A stretch of 64,000 nt of DNA, from contig JAWCLW010000003.1 of NCBI GenBank assembly GCA_039091535.1, forward strand, positions 2,183 through 66,182, written 5' to 3'. Shown in pieces: positions 28,003-36,371 of the stretch (its first letter is position 1; the number at the start of each line of letters is the position of its first letter). Both the position numbers and the translations under genes were made by a program. Origin of the DNA: Candidatus Aenigmatarchaeota archaeon (GTDB taxonomy: Archaea > Aenigmatarchaeota > Aenigmatarchaeia > GW2011-AR5). The notes under the pieces were generated by a model. It searched no databases and was not told where the DNA came from. It saw nothing but the letters and a program-made list of their open reading frames with translations.

Positions 28003-28367
28003 TGAAAAACCATAAAATGTACTTTAATTTCTGTGTTCAATTTTTTTCATTAATTATACATCAATTCATTCATTGTTCATAAGATGACAGACGGTTTCGT
28101 TGCCTCTAATTGTAACGATCTTTTTAATTTTATATTCACTATTGGTTACATGCTTGCAATAGCATATGCTCTGCACAAAACTAACACCACAACAGATGTG
28201 GATATTGCCCAAAATAGAAATTATTTTAGTCTATGATCAATGCAAACCCATCTATCCCAATTCTAACATACTTTGAACATTTATGTAGTTTGGCAATTTT
28301 TTTAATAGTTTTACTGTTTCGCTATTTTTTAATTCCTCCTGACTATATATAATCCCATACCAAAAAA

Positions 28368-28375
28368 TTTATATA
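28368..28375 (+). promoter_or_regulatory. TATA box in front of the structured RNA candidate
   Basis: TTTATATA preceded by an A-rich (BRE-like) stretch. It lies about 26-33 nt upstream of the first base of the predicted terminal helix (28401). Confidence 0.4.
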
Positions 28376-28400
28376 CTCTATTTTTTCATTTATTTTTAAC

Positions 28401-28594
28401 GGACAAATCGGTTGGCCTGGAAAAGGCTAGATTGAAAACCTCTACTGAACAACAACCCCTTGGGTTTGGCGACTGGACTATACCTCGCCATTCCTATTGT
28501 TCAGCAAGTTAAATTCAATCTCAAAGAAAAATACTCCGTGAATTCAGCTGAAAAGGGTTGATTCAGCTCTTGAAGGAGTTTCTTTACCGAGTCC
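28401..28594 (+). ncRNA. Structured RNA candidate of unknown class (about 195 nt)
   Basis: Local GC-rich island in non-coding AT-rich DNA. Terminal helix GGAC-AAA-TCGG (28401-11) with CCGAGTCC (28587-94). Helix CTGAACAA (28445-52)/TTGTTCAG (28497-504) encloses hairpin GGCGA/TCGCC (28468-72/28485-89). Helix ACTCC (28533-37)/GGAGT (28575-79) encloses AGCTGAA/TTCAGCT (28546-52/28562-68). Confidence 0.4.
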
Positions 28595-28766
28595 AGAGTG
28601 AGTTAAATGGTGTGCCCAAAATTAAAAAAAGGAAATTGTAGTAATACTAAAAAGCCATGTAAGGCAAAATATCATGTAAAAATGATAAAACATAAAAATT
28701 GTAAAAATTACAAATCAAAGAAAAAATAAATAGTAATCATGCTAATTCTAAGAACAATCAAAAAAT

Positions 28767-29528
28767 TTATTTGAATATTGATTTTATAAATTCAATTATA
28801 TTTCTTTCGTGTTTATATTCTATACCAATTAAGTTTGAAGCAAATTTTATAATCTCTTTACTTGCTGGCGATTTTGGGTGCGAAATAGTTATTGGAACTT
28901 TATTATGCAAACTCTTACTAACGTTTTTATCATAAGGTATAACAGATATTACTGGAAGACCTGTGAAATATTCTATTTCATGCTTTCTCATTTCGTATTT
29001 ATCTTTTCCAACCATATTAACAACAACACCTAAAGGTTTTGCATTAACTTCTTCTGCAATTTCATGACATCTTATAATATCCATAATAGATGGTATATGT
29101 GGTGTTGTTATATAAATTAGTTCATCGCTTGCCTTAATTGCACTCATAGCTTCTCTACCCAAACCGGGACTTGCATCTAAAATAACTAAATCGTTTTTTT
29201 CAGATATATCTCTTACAACATCTTTAAGTTTAGATATGTCAACTCCTTTTAGTTCATGCACAGATATAGATGCTGGTATGACTTTTAAGCCACTAAAATG
29301 TGGGTGAATAGAATCTACTACACTAATTTCTTTTCTTAACACTTTATTTATTGTTGTTGGACAATAATACATACCAAGATGAAGACCTAAATGTGATGCG
29401 GTAAGATTACAATCAACTACAGTAACACTTTTTTTGAAATGTTGTGAGAGTGCAGCGCCCAAATTTAGTGCAAATGTTGTTTTTCCAACACCACCTTTTC
29501 CAGAAATCACACTAATTATTCTTGACAT
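28767..29528 (-). CDS. minD: MinD/ParA-family ATPase
   Basis: Deviant Walker A SGKGGVGKTT with the start set at MSRIISVISGKGGVGKTT (29528), and Walker B LVILDASPG. The track ORF extends to 29561. Confidence 0.85.
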   Translation of the reverse strand: MSRIISVISGKGGVGKTTFALNLGAALSQHFKKSVTVVDCNLTASHLGLHLGMYYCPTTINKVLRKEISVVDSIHPHFSGLKVIPASISVHELKGVDISKLKDVVRDISEKNDLVILDASPGLGREAMSAIKASDELIYITTPHIPSIMDIIRCHEIAEEVNAKPLGVVVNMVGKDKYEMRKHEIEYFTGLPVISVIPYDKNVSKSLHNKVPITISHPKSPASKEIIKFASNLIGIEYKHERNIIEFIKSIFK

Positions 29529-29784
29529 CTTTATCACTTGTTTGCTTTTCTTTTTTGTCACTTTTTTTCAAAAAAGAAAAAATACCACCACCTTCCTTTT
29601 TTTTTAGAAATGGAAGTCCTGTTTTCTGATTTTCAATAACCTCAAAACCCTTTGGTAAGCTATTTATAGCATTTGTTGGATCTTTTGAAAAATAATAAAG
29701 AGTAACCTTTCTATTTGTTTTTGCATGCAACCAAAATTTTTGGCCATTTTTAGATTTATATACGTATGGTGTAAATATCCCCAT
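29512..29784 (-). CDS. Small conserved-looking hypothetical protein
   Basis: 90 aa: YVYKSKNGQKFWLHAKTNRKVTLYYFSKDPTNAINSLPKGFEVIENQKTGLPFLKKK followed by a Lys-rich tail. Overlaps the minD start. Confidence 0.45.
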   Translation of the reverse strand: MGIFTPYVYKSKNGQKFWLHAKTNRKVTLYYFSKDPTNAINSLPKGFEVIENQKTGLPFLKKKEGGGIFSFLKKSDKKEKQTSDKDVKNN

Positions 29785-29817
29785 AATTTATTTTTATCAA
29801 TATGAATATAAAAAGAC

Positions 29818-31101
29818 TTATGACTCGGTTTCAATCGCTCTTAAAAGTTTCGGCTTTTTTGTTTGTCTCCTTTTTATGAAAATATATAATAATATTAACG
29901 ATGCTATTAGTATTATTGTTATTATGAAGATATAAATTTCAATAGGTGGTTTTGCATACAAAAATATCGCTGTTGCGTGGGTCAATTGAAAAACAGAATC
30001 TTCCAAATATTTTTTCACTATATCTAATTCAATTCTAGAATTTTCATAATCGCCTTTTTCATAATATTTAATAGCTTCTTCTAATTTAGATTTTGCTAAA
30101 CTTAGGCTATTACTTGCTAATGTTATGTCAAAACCTTTCATGTGTGCTGATAAAATTTTATTTTCTATTTCTGTTATTAATAATTTATAATTTAAGATTT
30201 TTAGAATTATATCCTCTTTTATTGGTTTTTCTGTAGGTAATAAATTCAGTTCAATATTCTTTGATAGAGTAATCTCGTTAGTAATTATTTCAAGATCCAT
30301 AGTATATTGACCAGGTGGTGGATATGATGTGTTTAATGAAATTAGAAACAATGCAGTATCATTTACTGACAATCTGTTTATTTGTTTTGGATTTATATTT
30401 ATATTTACAAAGCTTGTTGTTGATACATATAATCTAAGATTGTGGACAGGTATTTCTCCAGTGTTATTTATTGTAATATTTATTAGTATACTTTGATTTT
30501 GATATAAATCTATATTATTAGGACAATATATTTCTAATTTTGGTATGCCTGCTATATATGGTTCTGAAATTACAATACCACCAGCACCAACCCCTACTGC
30601 TGAAACTGGCTGTGGTGGTAATGGTTGTGATGGATAAACAACATAAAAAATTCCCCACAACTCTGCTATTCTTGTTTCATAAGATACTCTTAGTTTTATG
30701 TAATATATACCGACTTCAGGCGGTATAAAAACAGTTTTATAACTTCTTTTCATTCCAGGATTTAAAATCACAGAATTATCAAAATATGTTGCTATGGGAA
30801 TGAGACTTCCATTTTGATAAAAATATATATACTCTTCTATTTTTGCTGTAAATGTTTTTGTTCCCGTGTTTGTAAATTCTGCTGTTATGTTTTGTGTTTC
30901 ATAAATTGTAATCTGTGGTCTATAAACAAAACCTGTTATTTTTCCTTCAAACTTTTCTTTTATACTTACATGAATATATTGCATTATAGAAAATCCAGTA
31001 ATCTTATGTACATAAGAATAGATCATAAATAGAACTATTAAAATAAATAAAATCAAAAAATATCTATCTTTATCTTTCATAATTCTTATTATGTTAAGCA
31101 A
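29818..31101 (-). CDS. Bitopic envelope protein with two Ig-like (CARDB-like) segments and a coiled coil
   Basis: N-terminal TM (YFLILFILIVLFMIYSY). Two beta-rich segments of the style ITAEFTNTGTKTF and ILINITINNTGEIPVHNLRLYV, separated by a PLPPQP linker. Helical region. C-terminal TM (IYIFIITIILIASLILLYIFI) plus KRRQTKKPK. Confidence 0.5.
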   Translation of the reverse strand: MLNIIRIMKDKDRYFLILFILIVLFMIYSYVHKITGFSIMQYIHVSIKEKFEGKITGFVYRPQITIYETQNITAEFTNTGTKTFTAKIEEYIYFYQNGSLIPIATYFDNSVILNPGMKRSYKTVFIPPEVGIYYIKLRVSYETRIAELWGIFYVVYPSQPLPPQPVSAVGVGAGGIVISEPYIAGIPKLEIYCPNNIDLYQNQSILINITINNTGEIPVHNLRLYVSTTSFVNININPKQINRLSVNDTALFLISLNTSYPPPGQYTMDLEIITNEITLSKNIELNLLPTEKPIKEDIILKILNYKLLITEIENKILSAHMKGFDITLASNSLSLAKSKLEEAIKYYEKGDYENSRIELDIVKKYLEDSVFQLTHATAIFLYAKPPIEIYIFIITIILIASLILLYIFIKRRQTKKPKLLRAIETES

Positions 31102-31687
31102 GTTTATATATAATAACAGAGATCAATAAAATTATAAAAATAGCAATAATGTAATTATTATCCTTCTGTTCATCGTTTTCTTTATCAGTTTCAATAATAG
31201 ATATATTATTTACATGTTCATTTTTTTCATTATAATTTTGTTTGTCCGTATCTATTATTAATCTAAATTCTTGTTCCTGCAAAAATGTTATCTTGTTTTC
31301 TGGTAGAACGATTTTAGCTATTATTGTAATGTTATATTGGCCCCATATAGCTCCAATTGGGAAAATTTTTATAAGAACAGGTGTGGCTGATATAACTTCA
31401 TTAGGGGATGGCAAAATAATATATTCACTTCCTGTTGTTCTATTCAAAAGAAATTTGTTTGGCTCTATAAAAATAGAAAAATTTTCAGGTACATCTTTTG
31501 CATATATTTCTATTTCGTAGGTATTATTTTCTCTATTCCAAAAAATTGCTTTGACTGTAACTGTTTCATTCTCTATAATTTTTATATAATTATTTCTTAT
31601 TGAAGAACCAATGCCAATTGCATGCGCATATGAAAAGAAAAGTATGAGTGCTATAAAAAAACTAAGGATTTTCACCATTTTTAACAC
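31094..31687 (-). CDS. Secreted, C-terminally anchored Ig-like protein
   Basis: Signal peptide (ILSFFIALILFFSYAHA), a single beta-rich domain with sequons, an acidic linker, and a C-terminal TM (IIAIFIILLISVIIYKLA). Overlaps both neighbours. Confidence 0.5.
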   Translation of the reverse strand: MLKMVKILSFFIALILFFSYAHAIGIGSSIRNNYIKIIENETVTVKAIFWNRENNTYEIEIYAKDVPENFSIFIEPNKFLLNRTTGSEYIILPSPNEVISATPVLIKIFPIGAIWGQYNITIIAKIVLPENKITFLQEQEFRLIIDTDKQNYNEKNEHVNNISIIETDKENDEQKDNNYIIAIFIILLISVIIYKLA

Positions 31688-34382
31688 CTGTTATTATAAT
31701 GGTCCCAGTGTAACGTCCAGCATAAATTGGGGGGACATTTAACCAATACCATGTTGTTATATTTGTGTTTTTGGTTACATTAGTCCTGATTGGAGTATAT
31801 GTATGTTTTAGCTCTTTTGATGTACTATATGAATTACTTACATTACTCCATGTTATGTTTCCAACACCAATAATAGAATTTAGAGTACTATTTGTTAAAT
31901 TAGTTCCTCTTATATAAAAATCTAGGTTGCAACTCCCAGGATTAACTGTTATATTATATTTGTTTTTATCGTTTCCGGGAGCTGGATTTTCTTTTGTGTT
32001 AGGATTTAATTCTCCAAAATCTATGTGAGACCATTGTAAATTAAAATCTATTGAACAAGAAAAGATAGATATAGATATATCATCTGTATTATTGCTTTGA
32101 ATTTCTTGATCAGAAGAATTAAACAAAACATCTATTCTCCAATCAGAACCTATGTCACCTGTGGCATTTATTATCCATGATAAATTGCATTGTTGATTCT
32201 TGTTTAATTCACCACAATCCTTTGTGGCATTTCTAGGTATTTCAAAAATATAGAATGGTTTATCGCCTTCTGTAGTGTTTATTGGCGTGTCTGTTTCTGG
32301 AGAAGAAAAATTATATCTTATTGTTCCATTTACATTTCCACAGTTTCCACCTCTGCATATGACAGTTGCATTTACTATGAATGTATTATTTTGTATAATA
32401 TCTATTGTTGAAAGTGTTGGTGGATATGTTATATTAACTTCTAAATACCTGAAATAATTTATATACACCCATCTTATTTCTGAAACATTCATATTTCCTA
32501 CAGAATCATTTGCATAAACTTTGAATGTATAATTTCCATTTACAAGATTTGTTTTATTTTTATACCAATTAAATTCATTACCGTCCATCGTCTCGTTTGT
32601 ACCATTCCACTCTAATTGAATCCAGTCTGGGATTTCGGACAATGTGACATTTATGTATGTATTGTTTACATCTATTGTTTCGTTATTTGGTGTCGGAGCA
32701 ACAAAGATTATTTCAGGTGGTATTGAATCAATAGAAAAATTTACTGATGCAGAAGCATTATTATTGTTTGTATCATTTACAAAAACGAATAGTTCATGCC
32801 AACCTTGTCCAACATCGATTGTAATATTTACACATCCCGGTATAGTAATATTTTCACCACCATCTATTGAATATTTACATTTATCTATTTCTATGTTATC
32901 GGTTACTGTATAATTTAGAGGGATAATTGTGGTATTATATGTAACATTAATTGGTAATTGGATTTCAATTGTTGGTGAGATTTCATCAGAATATAAATCA
33001 TATGCAAACCAAAATGGCAATGGTGCTGAATTATCTGTTGTTGCAGATAATGAGGCTGTTAATGTTCCAGTTGATGGTATTCTTGTAAATGCTGTCGAGC
33101 CACAACCAGAACCATCCCACCTATTTCCTATAAGATCATCAACAATATCACCTCTTAGTATAAAAGAATCCTCATTATCTGGAGAAGGACCAACGATAAC
33201 AACTTGATCTACATCATCTGTATTCGACCCACCAACGTCTGCCGTTATACCAGTAAAGCCGGATGGAGTCCAACATACCACATCTTGTGTCAAGGCATTG
33301 CTATCTGTGTAAGAGAATAATGCATGGGATGTTGTCCTTGTCCATGTTGTTCCAATAGTTTTTCCAGTTGTTGTTTCTATAGTACCATCTATAGGATTTG
33401 TTGCAGTAGTTGTAAAACCTTCTGTTGAGCCGTCTGCTTTCCAAATATATAAATGTGCGTCATTTTCAGAATCAGCGATTGCCATAGAAATCCTGTTACT
33501 TGACGGATCTGAAGCAAGTTCTATCCATAGATTATTACCTGCACCAGTATCAGGTCCTGCTGTATTTGTTGTATCCCAGCCTGTTATTGGGTTATATTTT
33601 CTATAATAGGTTGTTCCATCTAATGTTGTTAGGTCAAAAACTACAAGACCATTCCCACTTATACTTTCCCATACTATTCCAAACGCTGGTTGTGCTGTTG
33701 CAGCTAAGGTAGATTCAGAAATTGTTATGTTATGGATCCAAGTAGAACCATTCCATCTTGCAACACCAAATCCCGTAGTACCAGAAACACCAAGAAGCAT
33801 ATCGTCTCCTCTTGGTACAAGTTTTATCCATAAAGGTACTCCGATACCATCTAACATTATACTATTGCTTGCTCCGGGTGAAAATGTTGAACCGCAGGCT
33901 GGCGTTGGTGACCAGCCTGTACCATTCCATAAACAATAATAGGCATAATTAGTTGTTGGATCATCTGCAAAAACAATCATGGCTCTTCCTGTAGTATTTT
34001 CATAAGCAATATCAAATGCCATTTTATTTGCATTTGTTGTACTTGTTGCGCCTGTTAGGGTTCCTATTAACGACCAATCACTTTGTTGATCACAACCATC
34101 AACACATCTTAAGACGTCTAATCTCCCATCTGCTTTTAAATGAGCTACAAATTTTTCATTTTTTTTCCATGTTGCCACTATTTTTGCAAAATATATTTGT
34201 GATGAAGATGTAGAAACAGTTGAATATTCTATTCCATTTGAACTTGGATATGTATAATCTCTAACTTTTAAAACACCAGGATTAATTGTGTCACCATATA
34301 TTATTGTACCATTTGCTGCATATACTATACCTTGTAAAATTACAAAAATAGATATGAAAATTAGAAAGCATTTTATTCTCAT
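31662..34382 (-). CDS. Large secreted surface protein (repeat beta-propeller-like N-half, sequon-dense Ig-like C-half)
   Basis: 906 aa with signal peptide MRIKCFLIFISIFVILQGIVYA. Recurrent W-containing blade-like motifs (YCLWNGTGWS, VARWNGSTWI, YRKYNPITGWD, LYIWKADGST, VVCWTPSGFT, GNRWDGSGC). Several dozen NxS/T sequons in the C-terminal half. Confidence 0.6.
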   Translation of the reverse strand: MRIKCFLIFISIFVILQGIVYAANGTIIYGDTINPGVLKVRDYTYPSSNGIEYSTVSTSSSQIYFAKIVATWKKNEKFVAHLKADGRLDVLRCVDGCDQQSDWSLIGTLTGATSTTNANKMAFDIAYENTTGRAMIVFADDPTTNYAYYCLWNGTGWSPTPACGSTFSPGASNSIMLDGIGVPLWIKLVPRGDDMLLGVSGTTGFGVARWNGSTWIHNITISESTLAATAQPAFGIVWESISGNGLVVFDLTTLDGTTYYRKYNPITGWDTTNTAGPDTGAGNNLWIELASDPSSNRISMAIADSENDAHLYIWKADGSTEGFTTTATNPIDGTIETTTGKTIGTTWTRTTSHALFSYTDSNALTQDVVCWTPSGFTGITADVGGSNTDDVDQVVIVGPSPDNEDSFILRGDIVDDLIGNRWDGSGCGSTAFTRIPSTGTLTASLSATTDNSAPLPFWFAYDLYSDEISPTIEIQLPINVTYNTTIIPLNYTVTDNIEIDKCKYSIDGGENITIPGCVNITIDVGQGWHELFVFVNDTNNNNASASVNFSIDSIPPEIIFVAPTPNNETIDVNNTYINVTLSEIPDWIQLEWNGTNETMDGNEFNWYKNKTNLVNGNYTFKVYANDSVGNMNVSEIRWVYINYFRYLEVNITYPPTLSTIDIIQNNTFIVNATVICRGGNCGNVNGTIRYNFSSPETDTPINTTEGDKPFYIFEIPRNATKDCGELNKNQQCNLSWIINATGDIGSDWRIDVLFNSSDQEIQSNNTDDISISIFSCSIDFNLQWSHIDFGELNPNTKENPAPGNDKNKYNITVNPGSCNLDFYIRGTNLTNSTLNSIIGVGNITWSNVSNSYSTSKELKHTYTPIRTNVTKNTNITTWYWLNVPPIYAGRYTGTIIITGVKNGENP

Positions 34383-34520
34383 AATAGAATTTATATTAAT
34401 CCAAACTTTTATACATTAATAATTATCTGAATAATTTGTTTTACAAATGAAATAAAAAGCTATTAAAACTAAAAAATATTATAATTAAGCACAAATAAGA
34501 ATCTATGAAGGAGAAATAAT

Positions 34521-35114
34521 ATGTTAGGAAAATTTATAGTATTTGAAGGGTTAGATGGCTCTGGAATTACCACACAAGCCACTCTACTTAGGAATTATCT
34601 GGTAAGTAAAGGAAAATATGCATTACTTACAAAAGAGCCAACTGATGGATTAATAGGTGGATTGATAAAATCTTGTCTAAGAAAGGAGTGGAAAACAAAT
34701 CCTTTAACATTACAGATGCTTTTTGCTGCGGATAGGTCTCATCATCTTGTTAGTGAAATAGAGCCTGCTTTAAAGAAAGGAAATATTGTAATATGCGATA
34801 GATATATTTTATCATCTCTTGTTTATGGAAGTATGGATGTATCGTTACAAGTCTTAAAGCAGTTAAATTCGAATTTTATGAAACCACATATAACTTTTTT
34901 TATTGACACACAACCAAGCGTTTGCATTAGTAGGATGAAAAAGGCAAGGTATCACATAGAATTGTTTGAAGAGGAGCACAAATTAGAGCAGATAAGAAGA
35001 AATTATTTATCATTAAAGAATTATTTTCCAGACACATACGTCATAGATGGTAACAGAACACCAGAAGAAATACATGATGATATAATAAAAATTTTAAAAA
35101 AATATATAGGATAA
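34521..35114 (+). CDS. tmk: Thymidylate kinase
   Basis: P-loop FIVFEGLDGSGITTQ, DRY motif CDRYILSS, and a lid region. GGAG SD upstream. Confidence 0.9.
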   Translation: MLGKFIVFEGLDGSGITTQATLLRNYLVSKGKYALLTKEPTDGLIGGLIKSCLRKEWKTNPLTLQMLFAADRSHHLVSEIEPALKKGNIVICDRYILSSLVYGSMDVSLQVLKQLNSNFMKPHITFFIDTQPSVCISRMKKARYHIELFEEEHKLEQIRRNYLSLKNYFPDTYVIDGNRTPEEIHDDIIKILKKYIG

Positions 35115-35120
35115 ATTTAG

Positions 35121-35678
35121 TTATACTTTTCCATTTGAATTAATATTATTTTTTTCAGCAATATTTTTTTTATCTTTTTTTGTTTCTTCGAACATTTTTT
35201 TTAACTCTTCTCTTCGTGCACCAAAATATTCTTCAAAATGCGATGTTGTTCTCAATAATTTTGTTCTTGATTTTTTTTCACTTTTTATCAAACCACGTTC
35301 TTCTAGTTCTTTTACATATTCATATGTTCTATTTCCAATTACCTTAACAATATCTGATTGACTTATTGGCTCATGATAAGCTATAATAGAGAGTACACGT
35401 AATAATCCACGTGATAAATCTGCATGTGGAGTTAGATGTGAAACTTTGCTTGCATATTCACTTTTGACAACAAGCTTGAATCCACCAACATCTGACAATT
35501 TTATACCAAATTCATTACTGTTATATTTTTCTTTTAGTGTTGAGAGTAATTTTTCAATTTCTTCTTTTTTCATTTTTAGATTTTTTTCTAACTCCTGTAT
35601 GGATAATGGTTCATCCGTTGTGAATAACATGGCTTCAAGTAGTGCAAGTTTATTTATTTGTTTTTGCTCATTATTCAT
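35121..35678 (-). CDS. scpB: Segregation and condensation protein B
   Basis: ALLEAMLFTTDEPLSIQEL and a second wHTH (LRVLSIIAYHEPISQSDI). Overlaps scpA by 8 nt. Confidence 0.85.
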   Translation of the reverse strand: MNNEQKQINKLALLEAMLFTTDEPLSIQELEKNLKMKKEEIEKLLSTLKEKYNSNEFGIKLSDVGGFKLVVKSEYASKVSHLTPHADLSRGLLRVLSIIAYHEPISQSDIVKVIGNRTYEYVKELEERGLIKSEKKSRTKLLRTTSHFEEYFGARREELKKMFEETKKDKKNIAEKNNINSNGKV

Positions 35679-36354
35679 TGGCTATCACTTCTTCTTTTGT
35701 CTCATCTTTTATTCTTATATAAATTTCCTTGAAAAATTCTTCCTGCTCACATATTATTTTACCACGTTGTGAAAGATAGAGGAGCGGAATGAATGTTTCA
35801 ACTATTTCTTTTCTTTTCCATACAGGAACAAGATCTGAAAATTTTATACTATAATGTTTTACTATTTTGTTGAATATGTTTTCTATTCTTGTTTCTATAT
35901 CCTCTTCTTCACCTATTAATGTTTCAACAGCACGTCTCATCCTTATTCGTTTTTCTTCCTTACGCTCTTTGAATTCCATAACTTTACTTAATGCATTTAT
36001 CAATTCATTTAATGTAACTTTTCTTGTTGGCTTCCTCAGAATCGGTGGTGATAATGGCGGAATATTTTCTATGTTAATTGGTGGTATCTTTTCTGCTTCT
36101 ATCCTTTTTTGTTCTTCCTCTTCTAAAAGAATTTCACATTTCATTCTTAGCAAGATTGCTGATATTAGAATAAATCTTGCAGGTATACGAAAATCAAAAC
36201 TTTTCAATCTTTGTAGATAAAGCATGAAGGCATCTGCCAATTTTACTAAATCTATAGCTAATGGATCCATTCCCTCTTCTGCAACTATCTCTGTCAAAAC
36301 TTCTTGCCAATCACTTCCAAGAATAATTGTCTGGATTACTTTTGCTTCATTCAT
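35671..36354 (-). CDS. scpA: Segregation and condensation protein A (kleisin)
   Basis: MDPLAIDLVKLADAFMLYL N-terminal kleisin motif and a C-terminal winged-helix region. Lies between smc and scpB. Confidence 0.8.
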   Translation of the reverse strand: MNEAKVIQTIILGSDWQEVLTEIVAEEGMDPLAIDLVKLADAFMLYLQRLKSFDFRIPARFILISAILLRMKCEILLEEEEQKRIEAEKIPPINIENIPPLSPPILRKPTRKVTLNELINALSKVMEFKERKEEKRIRMRRAVETLIGEEEDIETRIENIFNKIVKHYSIKFSDLVPVWKRKEIVETFIPLLYLSQRGKIICEQEEFFKEIYIRIKDETKEEVIANE

Positions 36355-36371
36355 TATATTTCACCATTTCA

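Noticed and set aside
28396-28491. Minus-strand 31-codon ORF MARYSPVAKPKGLLFSRGFQSSLFQANRFVR, with a faint resemblance to the N-terminus of ribosomal protein L39e
   Set aside because: It is too short (L39e is about 50 aa). It lacks the KQNR-VP-W core in register. It uses GC-rich codons atypical for this genome. It lies within helices of the structured RNA candidate on the other strand.
28401-28594. Assignment of the structured RNA candidate as SRP RNA or RNase P RNA
   Set aside because: I could not locate the SRP helix-8 GGAA/AGCA motifs or the RNase P CR-I (GGAAAGUCC) and CR-V (ACAGAA...GGCUUA) motifs on either strand. At about 195 nt the length is also short for both. The class is left unknown and not ruled out; it needs a covariance-model scan.
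32275-34213. Eight plus-strand ORFs of 60-92 aa inside the 906-aa surface protein gene
   Set aside because: They are antisense frames of a long, well-supported ORF and have no motifs.
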